A stretch of 64,000 nt of DNA from Camelus ferus (taxonomy: Eukaryota), in the NCBI RefSeq assembly GCF_009834535.1, contig NC_045697.1, positions 16,494,001 to 16,558,000 on the forward strand, read 5' to 3'. The position numbers and the translations under genes are program-made. Positions 11,673 through 23,045 of this stretch are shown piece after piece (position 1 is the stretch's first letter; each line of letters opens with the position of its first letter). The notes under the pieces were generated by a model. It saw nothing but the letters and a program-made list of their open reading frames with translations, did no database searches and had not been told where the DNA came from.

Positions 11673-13373
11673 ATAAATACAGTTTGGCCAAATATTATAG
11701 CTTTCTAATTTCATCACAGATTCTGATGATTCAGAGAGGGAGAGAGTCACTCCCAAGCTTACAAGCAGCAAATGTCTTTTAAACTAGAGCTAATGCTATT
11801 ACAACAGATTTTATTAGCTAACATGTAACGTGTACCTGGGTGGCATGGGCTTTGTGGGAAAGCATACGTACACAGGTTGAGGAACTATGAACATGTACCC
11901 TTAAATGCGCTAGAAAAGACAATAGCATGCTTTTCTGTTGCTTCCTGAATTAACTCTGAATTGGAAAACAAAGTTTCATGTTACAGCGTGAGTAACGCAT
12001 GCAGAGTCCTACTCTTCCCACCCCTCCTCTGCCAGAAGGATGTGCTGGCAAGAGCAGAATTAACTTAACAGGTTAACTTGGCCAATTCAGCCTGAGGATT
12101 AGATACAAAAGTGATGGTTACATGCAAATGATGGTGTTGGCACAAGTAGGACTTTCTCTCTTTATTTATTTTTAGGCTTAGAACTGGGTTTACTGAAAGA
12201 AAGCTTCATAGGCATCCTGTATCTGATATATTTTAATCTCCCTGGGAAACATTGCCCAGTCTCACTTTTCAGTTTTCCGGTGGGGCGGTGGGATGGACTT
12301 TCTCTGGTTTATTGTTCCCTATAGTCAGCCCTTCTGGGGTCTCTGACTGCAAACCAGGCTTGAATGCAGTTGCTGTGGAATGCACTAATTAATTACATTT
12401 ATTTTACATAATTGGCATTAGAGCTTTCTGAACAAAAATGCAAATTTATGGAAATTGGTTGAAATCCTTATGCAAAATAATATAAAAATGGACCTCTAAA
12501 TTATTGGGAAAAATAGGTAATTTTAATTGAACAGCTAAAAGATTTGTAGTTTGCTACAAGATTGTATCTAGTAAACTCAATTTAAAAAGTAAGTTCATTT
12601 GCTTTTATCTAACCCTTCCATATCTTGCTCAGTATTGTTGGTATAATTATCACCAATAAAGGCCCAATCTTATTTTCTATCTCTTTTTGCATCAAGCGTT
12701 CGTTCTGTAAACAGAAATGGAATATGTTATTCTTTTGAACAGAGCTTTGTGCATTACAAATTAGGAAGCATCAGGCCAAAGGGTTGCAAAGCAACCAATT
12801 ATTGCTTAAAGGGGACATAATGCAGCACCCTGCTTATTGCTGTTCTGCAGGGGGAATGACTTTGCTGTAGAGCAAGACTTTTCACAAAAGATCAGTGCAA
12901 GGCAGTTGTAAGGTACAGGGCCTTGCAATCAATAGAATCCATCTGGCAAAGGTGGCAAGGAATGTGTAATGCAGATAGATATGCAGTTAGTGGGGTCATC
13001 AAAAGAGTATTAAGATGCTTGTGACATAGGAGTGAATACCTGAATACCAATAAATGAGCACTTAATGAAAAAATTGTGTCAAGAAATGTGGAATATGGGT
13101 GGGTAAACACTAAATGAAAGGAGTGAGAAATAAAACACTTCCAAGCTAGAGGACGTAGACATTTACATACAATTAACAAGCTGTTAATTATTGATGGACA
13201 ACTCCCCAAATTCAAAGAGATTCAATTTACTATACATTCAGCTAATCAAGAAATTAGACTGACCTCCAGACTCCAAGGGTGTGGAAGTGGTTTCACAAGG
13301 TTTAAATAATCGTGCTAATGAATCAACTTCCTTATTCACTATTTTTTCCTTTTGGGGGCGGGGGAGATGGTTT

Positions 13374-14010
13374 TGATACAGGAAAAATGGCTGTAGGGTA
13401 TGAGGAGGGCCCGTCCCAGGCTTCAGTTGAGCCCCTGGGGCGTGCCCCGCCAAGTGAGTGTTCTTGGCTTCATGCAGGAAAGAATTCAAGAGCGAGCCAC
13501 AGTTGAGTGAAGGTAGATTTATTTAGACAGATACAGTGAAAGGCAAGAGAAAGGCCACAAGGTGTGGGAGCTGGGTGCTGAGATTAGAGTAAAAGCAGGT
13601 ACACACTCCATAGACAGATTGTGGGCCGTCTCTAAAGGGGGAGAGAAAGAGAGGGCAGCCGTGAGGTGCCGGGTTACCAGTTTTTATGGCCTCTGTGGCT
13701 TCATATGCTGATAAGTGGAAGGACCAGTCTAACTAGCCTGGGGAAGGGGCTGGGATTCCCAGGAAGTTGGCCATTTCCCATGCTTTGACCTTTCGTGGCT
13801 AGCCTTGGGACTGCCATGGTGCCTGTGGGCATGTAATTCACCATGTTAATATATTACAATAGATATATAACGAAACTCAAGTTCTGCTAGAAGTCAAATC
13901 TCCCAACATCTTGAGCCACAAGGCCTACTGGGGGTTGAATTTTCCAGCATTTTGATGTTAACTGCTGTGGCATTCCTTGAATGGCTGTGCCCTGCCCCCT
14001 TCCTGTCTCA
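13374..14010 (-). mobile_element. Solo ERV1-class LTR (637 bp)
   Basis: Terminal inverted repeats tgatacaggaa / ttcctgtctca. Perfect TSD GTTT (13370-13373, 14011-14014). Minus-strand AATAAA near 13520. Retains CpGs. Confidence 0.9.
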
Positions 14011-14687
14011 GTTTGGAACAGACTGAGGGTGGGTTTACTTTTCTGGTGCTTTTTTAGTATCTCCACTTGTATAATTATTTCTTAAAACATCCTCAGGATT
14101 CAATTGAATACTTTATTTTCATGAGGTCCCTACCATAAAATGTAATGGGAGGTCGCCTGAGACTGTTTAAAGCTTGTCAACCTCTCATCAAGAAATGGTA
14201 GGTGAACTGATCTTTATAAATAGAGGGCTTCATTCTCACACCTCGTTCCTCTGCAGTGATAAGCAGCTGAACGACAAAGCTCTAGTAACCTAAAGTGGAG
14301 ACATGAAATTAGTAAGACTTAAACACGGTTACCTGAAATATTCAGATTTTAAAAGCCAAGATGGGGCTGTGATCTTATGATTCTCATCAGACATTTCCTG
14401 TGTGATGATACATCATTTCGTCCATTTTCCTGTTTTGTTTCACAGTTTGCTGTGCTGCATGCTCATTTTGCTCCTACTATGTGCAAAATAGTTACAATAC
14501 ATCCTGAAAAGAAATAAAGAAATATAATTCATTCACAGTTCTTGCTCTTCTAAGACACACACAAAATACAAAACATCAGGCAGCGTGTGAAAGGGCTACA
14601 ACAAATGTAGTAAAGGATGAAATTTAAAGAAAATTAATTGTTCCTAGATGAGATATATAACAAATTGGACTTAAAAGTGCATGTCTC

Positions 14688-15398
14688 ATTGTAGTTTTGA
14701 TTTGCATTTCCTGACGAGTAGTGATATTGAACATATTTATTCATGTGTCTATTGGCCTTTTGTATGTCTTCATTGGAGAATTGCTTGTTTGGGTCTTCTG
14801 CCCATTTTTGGATTGGGTTGTTTGTTTCTTTATTATTAAGTTGTATGAGCTGTTTATATTTTCTGGAATATGACTCAGCCGTAAAAAATCGTAAAATAAT
14901 GCCATTTGCAGCAACATAGATGGACCTGGAGATTGTCATTTTACGTGAAGTAAGCCAGAAAGAGAAAGAAAAATCCCATATAATATCAATTATATATGGA
15001 ATCTAAAAAAAACACACACAAAAATGAACTTATTTACAAAACAGAAATAGACTCACAGACATAGAAAGCAAACTTATGGTTGGAGGGGTAGGGTGTGGGA
15101 AGGGATAAATCAGGAGTTTGAGATTTACAGATACTAAGTAACATATATATAATAGATAAATAATAAGTTTATACTGTATAGCACAGGGAACTATATTGAA
15201 GATCTTGTAGTAACTTATGGTGAAAAAGAATATGAAAATGAATACGTGTATGTTAATGTTTGACTGAAACATTATGCTGTACACCAGAAACTGACACATT
15301 GTTAACTGACTATACCTCAAAAAATATAGGTATGAAATTTTTAAAAAATGCCTAGGGTTTCTCTAAGCCCTTATTAAAAAGGATTTCCAAATTAAAAA
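14688..15398 (+). mobile_element. 5'-inverted, truncated L1 with probable 3' transduction
   Basis: 14688-~14866 is antisense ORF2 (minus peptide [39 protein letters not shown]). ~14866-15350 is the sense ORF2 end and 3'UTR. 15-bp TSD aaaagtgcatgtctc / aaaaatgcacgtctc (14673-14687, 15399-15413) at a TT/AAAA site. Confidence 0.9.
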
Positions 15399-15704
15399 AA
15401 AAATGCACGTCTCCTTTACTAGTCATTAACATCATATGTCTCATTTTAATATTATAGAAAGCACTGAAATAATTGCACAATCTTTCCCTCCCTCTTTCTT
15501 GTCTTTTATTCACTCTTTATTTATTCTTAAATTAAAGCATGCAAGATTTTTAGGAGAACTGCCTGCTGCCAAAATTGTGGGGGTTCAAACTAGAAAGATA
15601 CCATAAAAGTCACAGAATTGTTCAGGTCAAATGGGTGAATGATACAGTAGATTTCAGGAGAGCTGCTAGAAAACCAGCAAAAATACTGGGTTAACTAGTA
15701 AATT

Positions 15705-16285
15705 TGTTGTTGAATGCAAGTTTGTGTGCCCGAAGCACAGTGAGGCCAAACAAACCATAATGTAAGAGTTTGGAGCAGAGAAAGGTTTATCTGAGGGCCA
15801 AGCAGGAGAATGGACAGCTTATGCTCAAGAAACCGAAACTTCCTGATGGCTTTTGGAGAAGAATTTTTAAAGGGCAAATATGGGGTGAAGGCTACAGGGT
15901 GTGTGACTTTCTTCTGATTGACTGGTGATGAGGTAACAGGGAATCTCAATCATCAGCCTTCTGGGTCTAGCCAGGCTGGGGTCTCGGCATGTAGTTACCA
16001 TCCTCTACCTGGGTGGGGGCCTTAGCTCCTGTAGAATAACTCAAAGTTACACTGTTTCATATATTCCTTGAGGAGGAACAAGGACTCTGTTGTACTATTT
16101 TTTCTTGACTGCTTTTCCTTTGTTTCTGCATTTGTTCACTTTCCAGATTAGTAACTGTTTGACTCTGCCCGTATCAGACTCAGGGAAGGTCTAGGAGGCT
16201 GAAGCCTTTTTCCTATGAACAAGACAAGGGGACACAGAAAGGCTTTTGTACCCAAGAGGGTCCCACAGGGTCCTGCTCAGTTTCA
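15705..16285 (-). mobile_element. Solo ERV1-class LTR (581 bp)
   Basis: TG...CA termini. Perfect TSD AATT (15701-15704, 16286-16289). Has the tttggagcagagaaaggtttat...gggccaagcaggagaa motif typical of this LTR group. Confidence 0.88.
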
Positions 16286-16329
16286 AATTCATGCAGATAA
16301 AAACTATCAGAACGATTAGCGTCAGAGCC

Positions 16330-16860
16330 CACTCACTCATTCACAAATTCATTGAGTATTGTTCATCAAATATTTGGTACAATGTTGGAATTATACCAAT
16401 GAATGCAAATCAGTGCCTAGCCCCTGTCTTTAGTGCAGGAAGAAAGACAGATGTGCAAAAACACCATCGACCATTTAGTGTAAGGAGGTAAGTTAAACAA
16501 AAAGAGCAGTTTCAAAGATGTGAGACTGGAGAGTTTGAGGAGGAAGGATGAGATCACCAGGATGGTCAGCAGTGTGAAGGGAAGATTCTTGGGTAAGGTG
16601 AGTGCAGAGCTGGGTTTTGACAGATAAATAGGCATTTTTGGAGTAAAACGTATGTACATATGAATTGGGAGATTCTACATCATACAGAAAGATGACAACA
16701 AATGTAAAGGATGGAAAAACTATATTAAGTTACTGAGGTGTCAATTATATTAGAAAAACTCAAAAATGTTAAATATTTCTAGCATGTAAAGTTCTAAGAT
16801 ATGATCTACTGGAGACAGTGGTCAAATCATAAACAATTTTGTATGCCAGAGCAGAGAGTT
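16330..16860 (-). mobile_element. L2 LINE 3' fragment
   Basis: cactcactcattcacaaattcattgag start; gagctgggttttgacagataaataggc. Confidence 0.6.
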
Positions 16861-17364
16861 CTTAACCTGTTAGCAGGTTCTCCCAAAAGACTCCTTCAGG
16901 TTTTCTTTTAAATGTTTCATAAACCCACACAGTGGGCTTTGCCAGAACTTGCTAGTGAACAGAAGACAAGGTCCTTTTTCAACCAAATATTCCCATAGTA
17001 TAAGGTTTGTCGTCCTTTTCTTTTCCTGAAAGAGTTAAAAAAAAAAAAAAAAAAGCTTAGATTATAGTTTCTTTTTCTTTATCAACTCCAGAGTTCTGCC
17101 CTTAATTAATTAATTAATCAATCAACATTACTTTTCTTAAATATCTGCTATATGCTCAATGAGAATAAGGAAAAAGTTATCTTCCAGTCTTTGTTAAAAT
17201 TAACAGAAAGCATTCATACACAAAGAAGAGATGATTCGGAACACACTCAACTTTGTCAGCATAAAATAAGTCACTCACATAAAAGGCCCAGATGTTTTAA
17301 GCCAGGAATAATGGAAATGGTACATGATACATTTGACATTTCATTCCCTGTACTGTAGAGCTTC

Positions 17365-17520
17365 AGTGCACTCATATGAGGGTACTATGTAAACCCAGAT
17401 TCATTAGCTCCACTTGTTACCTCAAGATGCTAAGGCCCAGAGAGACTAGGATACTTGTTACAAGCCCTGCAGCTCTTTATAAGCACGGCTGGATCTCAAA
17501 ATATAGTTCCCTAATTCTAC
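17365..17520 (-). mobile_element. MIR SINE (degenerate)
   Basis: tcattagctccacttgttac...gctaaggcccagagagactaggatacttgttacaagcc. Confidence 0.55.
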
Positions 17521-17979
17521 CTCTAGGTTTTGCACCAACTAATCATTTTCATATTCCATCCTCTGAGCCTCAGAATTCTCACTAGCAGGAAGATGGAATG
17601 AAAAAAGAGCAGGGGCATAGTATTATAGGAATGAAAGGAAAATCTAAAGTTTGGTAATATGTGTGGGCTTTAAGAAAATTAGCTTAATTGTAAAAGACTG
17701 TTTCACAGGTCATAGCTCCTTACAATAAAATTCAAACCCCTCCAGACTGTTTTTATTATGTTGGTGCTTTTCTAGGATAAAAGTTGGGGGAGTGGGTATT
17801 CAACTTTGACGCTCTTCTTAAGTAGCCAAACAAAGAATCTAAAAAAACACAACTACAGGCACATGTGCACGTGTACACACAAATGCTGTCTCACAGGGGG
17901 AGTGAGTGCTTGACCAAGAGTGAGGTTTCAAACGAGTAGTGCCCCAACACCTTGCCAATATCTCTCACATTTGAGCCCA

Positions 17980-18135
17980 CATTCAGTGCCAGTCACTGTG
18001 CTAAGTGCTACATATAAATATATTCTTATGTGATTCTCACAATAACACTGAGTTGAATTTTACAAACCAGGAAATTGTAAATAGCAGATGTTGAATTGGA
18101 AACAATGTCTGCCTGATTCCAGAATCCACACATTT
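17980..18135 (-). mobile_element. MIR SINE
   Basis: gtgccagtcactgtgctaagtgc...attctcacaataac...tctgcctgattccagaatcc. Confidence 0.7.
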
Positions 18136-18289
18136 GATATTGATATCACCAACATTGAAATGGATGGAGGATGCTTTGGGGGTTAAGTTTCTTCCTAATC
18201 AAACACCCAGACAGGGTGCATGGGAAACCTAATGAGTAGACAGTCCCACAAGCTAAATTGTGTTTAGAGTTGATTGTTATATAAATAAT

Positions 18290-18933
18290 AAGTGAAATGA
18301 TATAAAAATCATTTTAAAAATACAGAAGATATAAAACAAGAACTTCTCCCACTCTATCAACTTACCCATATTCCCACTCTCATCAGGTAATTGCTGTGAA
18401 TCACTCATTTCAGTTCAAATGGGGACCACTAGGTGTACAAAATATGCATTTATTAACTTTAAACAATTATCCTATAGCTTTCAATTTGAATGATGAGGTA
18501 ATTTTCAGTTATACCACCTTCAACTTTTCTTCTCTATTCAACCATATTGTCTCAGCAATACTATTATTTTTACATTGTTGAGGTTTACAACACTTTCATT
18601 GAATTCAGTAGCCATAATTATACTGTCTACACTTGCCTACAGTTTAGTTCTAAATGCTGAAAATTAATAAAGTATTTAGCTTCTACTTAGGTAGTCTAAA
18701 TGCTGAACTGTAAGAAACACTAAGAAACACTGAGCCATACCATTTAAGAATGTGGGAACACTGAACTGTAAGAAACACTGAACTACACCATTTAAAAGGT
18801 AGTATTTTGTAAATCTAGATCAAATTATCTTTTCTCAATTGTTCATGTTTATGCCATTATTTTTCTCCATTTTTGGACCTTGGTTTAGTTTTGAACAAAG
18901 TTTGATTCTAAAAAATAAAAATAAAATAATTGT

Positions 18934-18981
<48 letters not shown>

Positions 18982-20600
18982 TGTTCACTGACCCAAAGTA
19001 ACATTTCCTCCTTATATTACATGAGACATGTTGCTTTTGTAAGCTCAAATGCCTTTTATTAAATATTAGTACATTCCTTGCACTTAAGAGTCCAAAAAAA
19101 CTCCCAACCAGCTCATGAAATCATTATTTCACTCCTTAATAATTTCCTCAAAATTATTTGAATAGTTTGTCCTTCTCTTCCACCAGTAAATTTAAAGTCC
19201 ACTAGACCTTTTGCACAGCTGTCATCCTGGGAACTTCCTCTGTTGTTTTCCTGAGTTGAAGTCCCTGCTTCTTGGAAACCGAACAGTAAGCAGTGTAATT
19301 ATAAACCATGTCAGATAGTTTCAATGCTTATAGTCTGAGTCCATTTAATTATTTGTTTTATTGATTATGTTATGGTTTCCTTTTGTGCTTGAAAGTTTTC
19401 GATTGTGTGTTGCTCATTGTCTTTGAAAAATTATTTTGGGTCATGGATTCTCTGTAACTTAGGATGAAGTTGCTTTCTACCATGTTCTGTGAGTCCAGGG
19501 CAACCCCAAATCAAAGCTTATAGTTTACTTCGAATCCCCAGGCAACGTGAAATCTAACCTACAAATCTGAGTGACTAACAATGCAATAAGCACAGCTCCT
19601 CAGAATTACTGCTGTTGTGAATTCTCTTTTCTCTTCCACCCTTTACTGTTCAGCATTGAAGCAACTTTCCCTGTGTCCTCTGAGGACAGAATTACTTCCT
19701 GTTCACCTTTATCTTCCTAGGTTAGGGTAGAGATGTTTCCTGTTTCACATTGGATGGGCCCTGCTTGCCAGACCAAAGTCCCAAGTTTGCCAGCATTAAC
19801 AAATGACCTCAGAGCAAACACTCCCTTATTCTAGTGCAGGACACTGCTTATATCTCTGGGTTCCTACATTTCCACAAATTTTTGACTTAGTAGCTCCTTC
19901 TATCTTTTCAGCTATCCAGTACTTTGAATATTTTTTTAATATTTTATATAGCAATTTTTGTTACCCTTAGTATAAGGGTCCAAACAACCTGGATCTCCTG
20001 AAAATAGAAGCCCTTCTTTTTATTCTTGAAGTTCAGTTATTTCACCAGTATATTTTGGTGTTAATAGTTTGGGGATGGGTGTGCTTTTCTATCTGCAAAA
20101 ATAAGCTTTCTCCTAAATTTCACAATAGTTTTATTTTCATTGTATATTTTAATATTTTATGTACCACATGGTCTATATTCTCATATTCAGAAACACCATA
20201 TTTTACAAATATTCAATTTCCTTTTTCTGTCTTCCACAATGAGTATATTTTTATAATCAATTTAAAATGTTATTTTATTTTCTTCCATTTTGTGCAATTT
20301 CCTCAAACCCATTTACAATATTCTTGGAAGAACTTTCTGCTGAATTTATGCCCTACTGTTGTTTTTTTATGTGCCTTTTCTCTCTGTTCTGTTTTCCTCA
20401 TACTCTCCTGTTGGCTTTCGTCTCTGACTTTTGTTTTATAATTTCTTCTTTAAATCCTTGTGTCTTTCGTTTGAAACCATAGTTTTTCCTTTGTTTTAGT
20501 AGATCAACAATGTATGTCGTTCTTTTGAGTCTAAGGCTGACTAGTTGTCTGAATCCCTCGAGTGCTTCCTTGAGTAATTCTGTTTGTCTATGAAAAATCT
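18290..20600 (-). mobile_element. Highly degraded ancient L1M/HAL1-type remnants
   Basis: Long T-rich tract with antisense L1-like phrases (ttattcttgaagttcagttatttcaccagtata). No intact ORF. Confidence 0.5.
18937..18978. repeat. (TA)21 microsatellite
   Basis: Perfect TA run. Confidence 0.97.
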
Positions 20601-21169
20601 TTTCTCATTGAATTATGTTTTGTAAGGAAATAAATCCAGATGACACACCCAGAAATGTTGATTGGAGAAAGTTGGGAGGAGCCCTGGGACTTCCCATAAA
20701 TCACTCTTTCCCTATAAACTCCTAATGGGACCATAGGACTAGGAGTAGGCACTCAGAGTTGATACGTTTAAATTGAAGAAAGACAAGGAAGAAATTCGTT
20801 TCTATCCATCACATAATTACAGACTGTTTTCTTCCTTGCCATAGCTCAAAGGTTAGCTTTTCAATATCCTAATGGATCTAACACTCACTAAGAGTTTATA
20901 AACCACATTACAGTGCACAAAGTCACTTTAACAAAAGTGTCCACTACATACATAAAAGTATTTTTAAAGTGCCATATTGTTATTATTTTTATGATTATAA
21001 GCATTCAAATGAGTGAGAAGAGGTATTTCTTCATTGCAGCTTATTGGAGATTTCTTTGTGCTAGTTCAGAGAACTAGGAATGACGTGTGAATTCATTTTA
21101 CATCATTTTGAACAAGATTTGGTCCAACTTACCTTGACTCCTCCAGCAATGTAGAGAGTTGAGTGACTT

Positions 21170-21405
21170 CAAAGTTGTCTTCGGGATAGAGGGTATAACC
21201 ATGTAAAGACCCTAAGGTGGGAGTTAACTGGCATGTAACAAGTTGCAAGAGGGCATATGAATGGAGCAGAGAGGGAGGTGGGGAAATGAGGCCCGATAGG
21301 TTGGGAGGAAGGGTTACCTTGGGCCTTGCTAGGTTTTTGGCTTTTACTCTGAAAGAGGTAGGGAGCCACTGGAGGGATATTGTAAGTCATGGTGATTGGA
21401 ATCAT
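21170..21405 (-). mobile_element. L2 LINE fragment
   Basis: tgtaaagaccctaaggtgggag...ggcttttactctgaaagaggtagggagccactggaggg. Confidence 0.75.
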
Positions 21406-22854
21406 GATATATCCAAAATGTTAGTTCATTAAGCAGTTCACTCTTGCTGTTTATCCACCGCATAGGCTTACAAGAAAGGTCTGAGCACTCATACTACAAG
21501 TGGCAGCATATTACCCAAAAGGCCTTTGGTATGCCCTGCTTTAAAATTCTGCATCTGAATTTGCTTATGGCTAGTAAAAAAAAAATATTATGCATGTTGG
21601 TCTTTTGCCACAAGCCCTCATTATTCTGAGTTATAAGAAATTGTAGAAAGAATGAAAGCTGAGGAAAGACCTGAGATACTGAAGAGTTTCTCAGAGGGTC
21701 GGAAGGACAATAGGCTCTTTGGAGAAGTAACGGGGGATGCTCACGTGATGAGGATAAGTTGACGGGGCTGAGCTGAAATCTAAACATCTGGCTTATGAAA
21801 ATTTTTGCTGTCGCTGCTGAGCTAGTCAGCATTATCTAGTTCCTTGATCACTAGGGACTTTACGATCTGTTTTAAGCTATGTGTGCACTAACAATAACTT
21901 TAACTGTTCATTCCATGATTTCTACTATTGGTGGGGAAAAAAAAGAGTAAACAGTGTCTGAAAAATCTGAACATAAAAAGATGTTAAAATAAGGAGATTG
22001 GATGTTGAAAAACAAACAAAAAATACAGAAGAACACCAGGAGATGCAATAAATCCAAATGGTTTTCCAAACAAGAGAGGGAAAAATAGTTAACGTAAAAC
22101 TGAACTGAAAGATGCAAATAAATAAGCAAATTTTTCATTCAGGATCCATTTGGAGGCCGTATTTCCTGGCAGAATTACTGCTTATTATTTGCACGTTTCT
22201 AGTTTCTCATCTCCCTTTGTCAGTCTATTGAAAGCTTGTTAAAATCTTATTTGCTTTTCCTGTTCTTTCGCGGTGGTTGTTCTTGCCTTAACTTTAATGT
22301 TAAATCATGTGGAAGTAAGGTAAAAGGGAGAAAAAAAATCAACAGAAATAGTCACTGCAGTGGCCTGGTTTTATGAATATTTTATATATCCATCAACTTA
22401 TGTTTCATTCAGACTTAATGGGAGAAAAATTGGGAAATAAGAAGGAATCTCTCTCTTAAACAATAAATTGTAGTGCTGATGCAAAACGTCTAAGGGTTTC
22501 CTTAGAGTCTGAGAGTCTGGTTAGAGTCTGAAAGGGGCATGGATGTGGAAGAGAAATAATTTGTCCATGGGTACTCCAAGAAGAACAAAAGGTTGCTACA
22601 CTAATTCTTATCTTCTTGTTTTGGAGAAGATGTTAATCTATTTCATCCTTGTCCAGAACTAAGCACAATGTTAGATAGTAGATCTATAAATAAGTGGCGA
22701 AGGAATATATGAATAAATAAATTGATGATGCCAAGTAAGAACACACTTACCCGATTAAAAGTAATCCGGTCCATAGAGGTTCTAATGGTCAGAAATGCTG
22801 GATTGTCCACATTCAAATGGAGGGACATTCAAATGCAAATCCTATGCCCTTAGC

Positions 22855-23045
22855 CACGTGCAACATGATTCAGAATGTACTAGCTGTGTAGTCTTGGGCA
22901 AGCAACATTTGTGAGCCTCCTTTTCTAATACTGGAATGGAATGGAATAATATCTCAAGACGTAGTTGTGAAGACAATGAATAATAATACGTATAAAGTCC
23001 TTCTCCCTGTGCCTGGTGCATAGTCAACATCACTGGGGATGATAA
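22855..23045 (+). mobile_element. MIR SINE
   Basis: tactagctgtgtagtcttgggcaag...gttgtgaagacaatgaataataatacgtataaag...gtgcctggtgcatagt. Confidence 0.85.

Noticed and set aside
11416..11782. Poly-Gly ORFs
   Set aside because: They translate the G23 run in an LTR.
8245..14014. A 5.8-kb provirus bounded by the two LTRs with outer GTTT TSDs
   Set aside because: The LTRs differ in sequence, each has its own GTTT on both sides, and there is no PBS, PPT or gag/pol between them.
14634..14939. 101-aa minus ORF as a gene
   Set aside because: It is a chimera of antisense L1 and an L1 ORF2 fragment created by the inversion junction.
20055..20482. Hydrophobic 128-aa ORF resembling a membrane protein
   Set aside because: It is an artefact of T-rich antisense L1-like sequence and has a non-ATG start.
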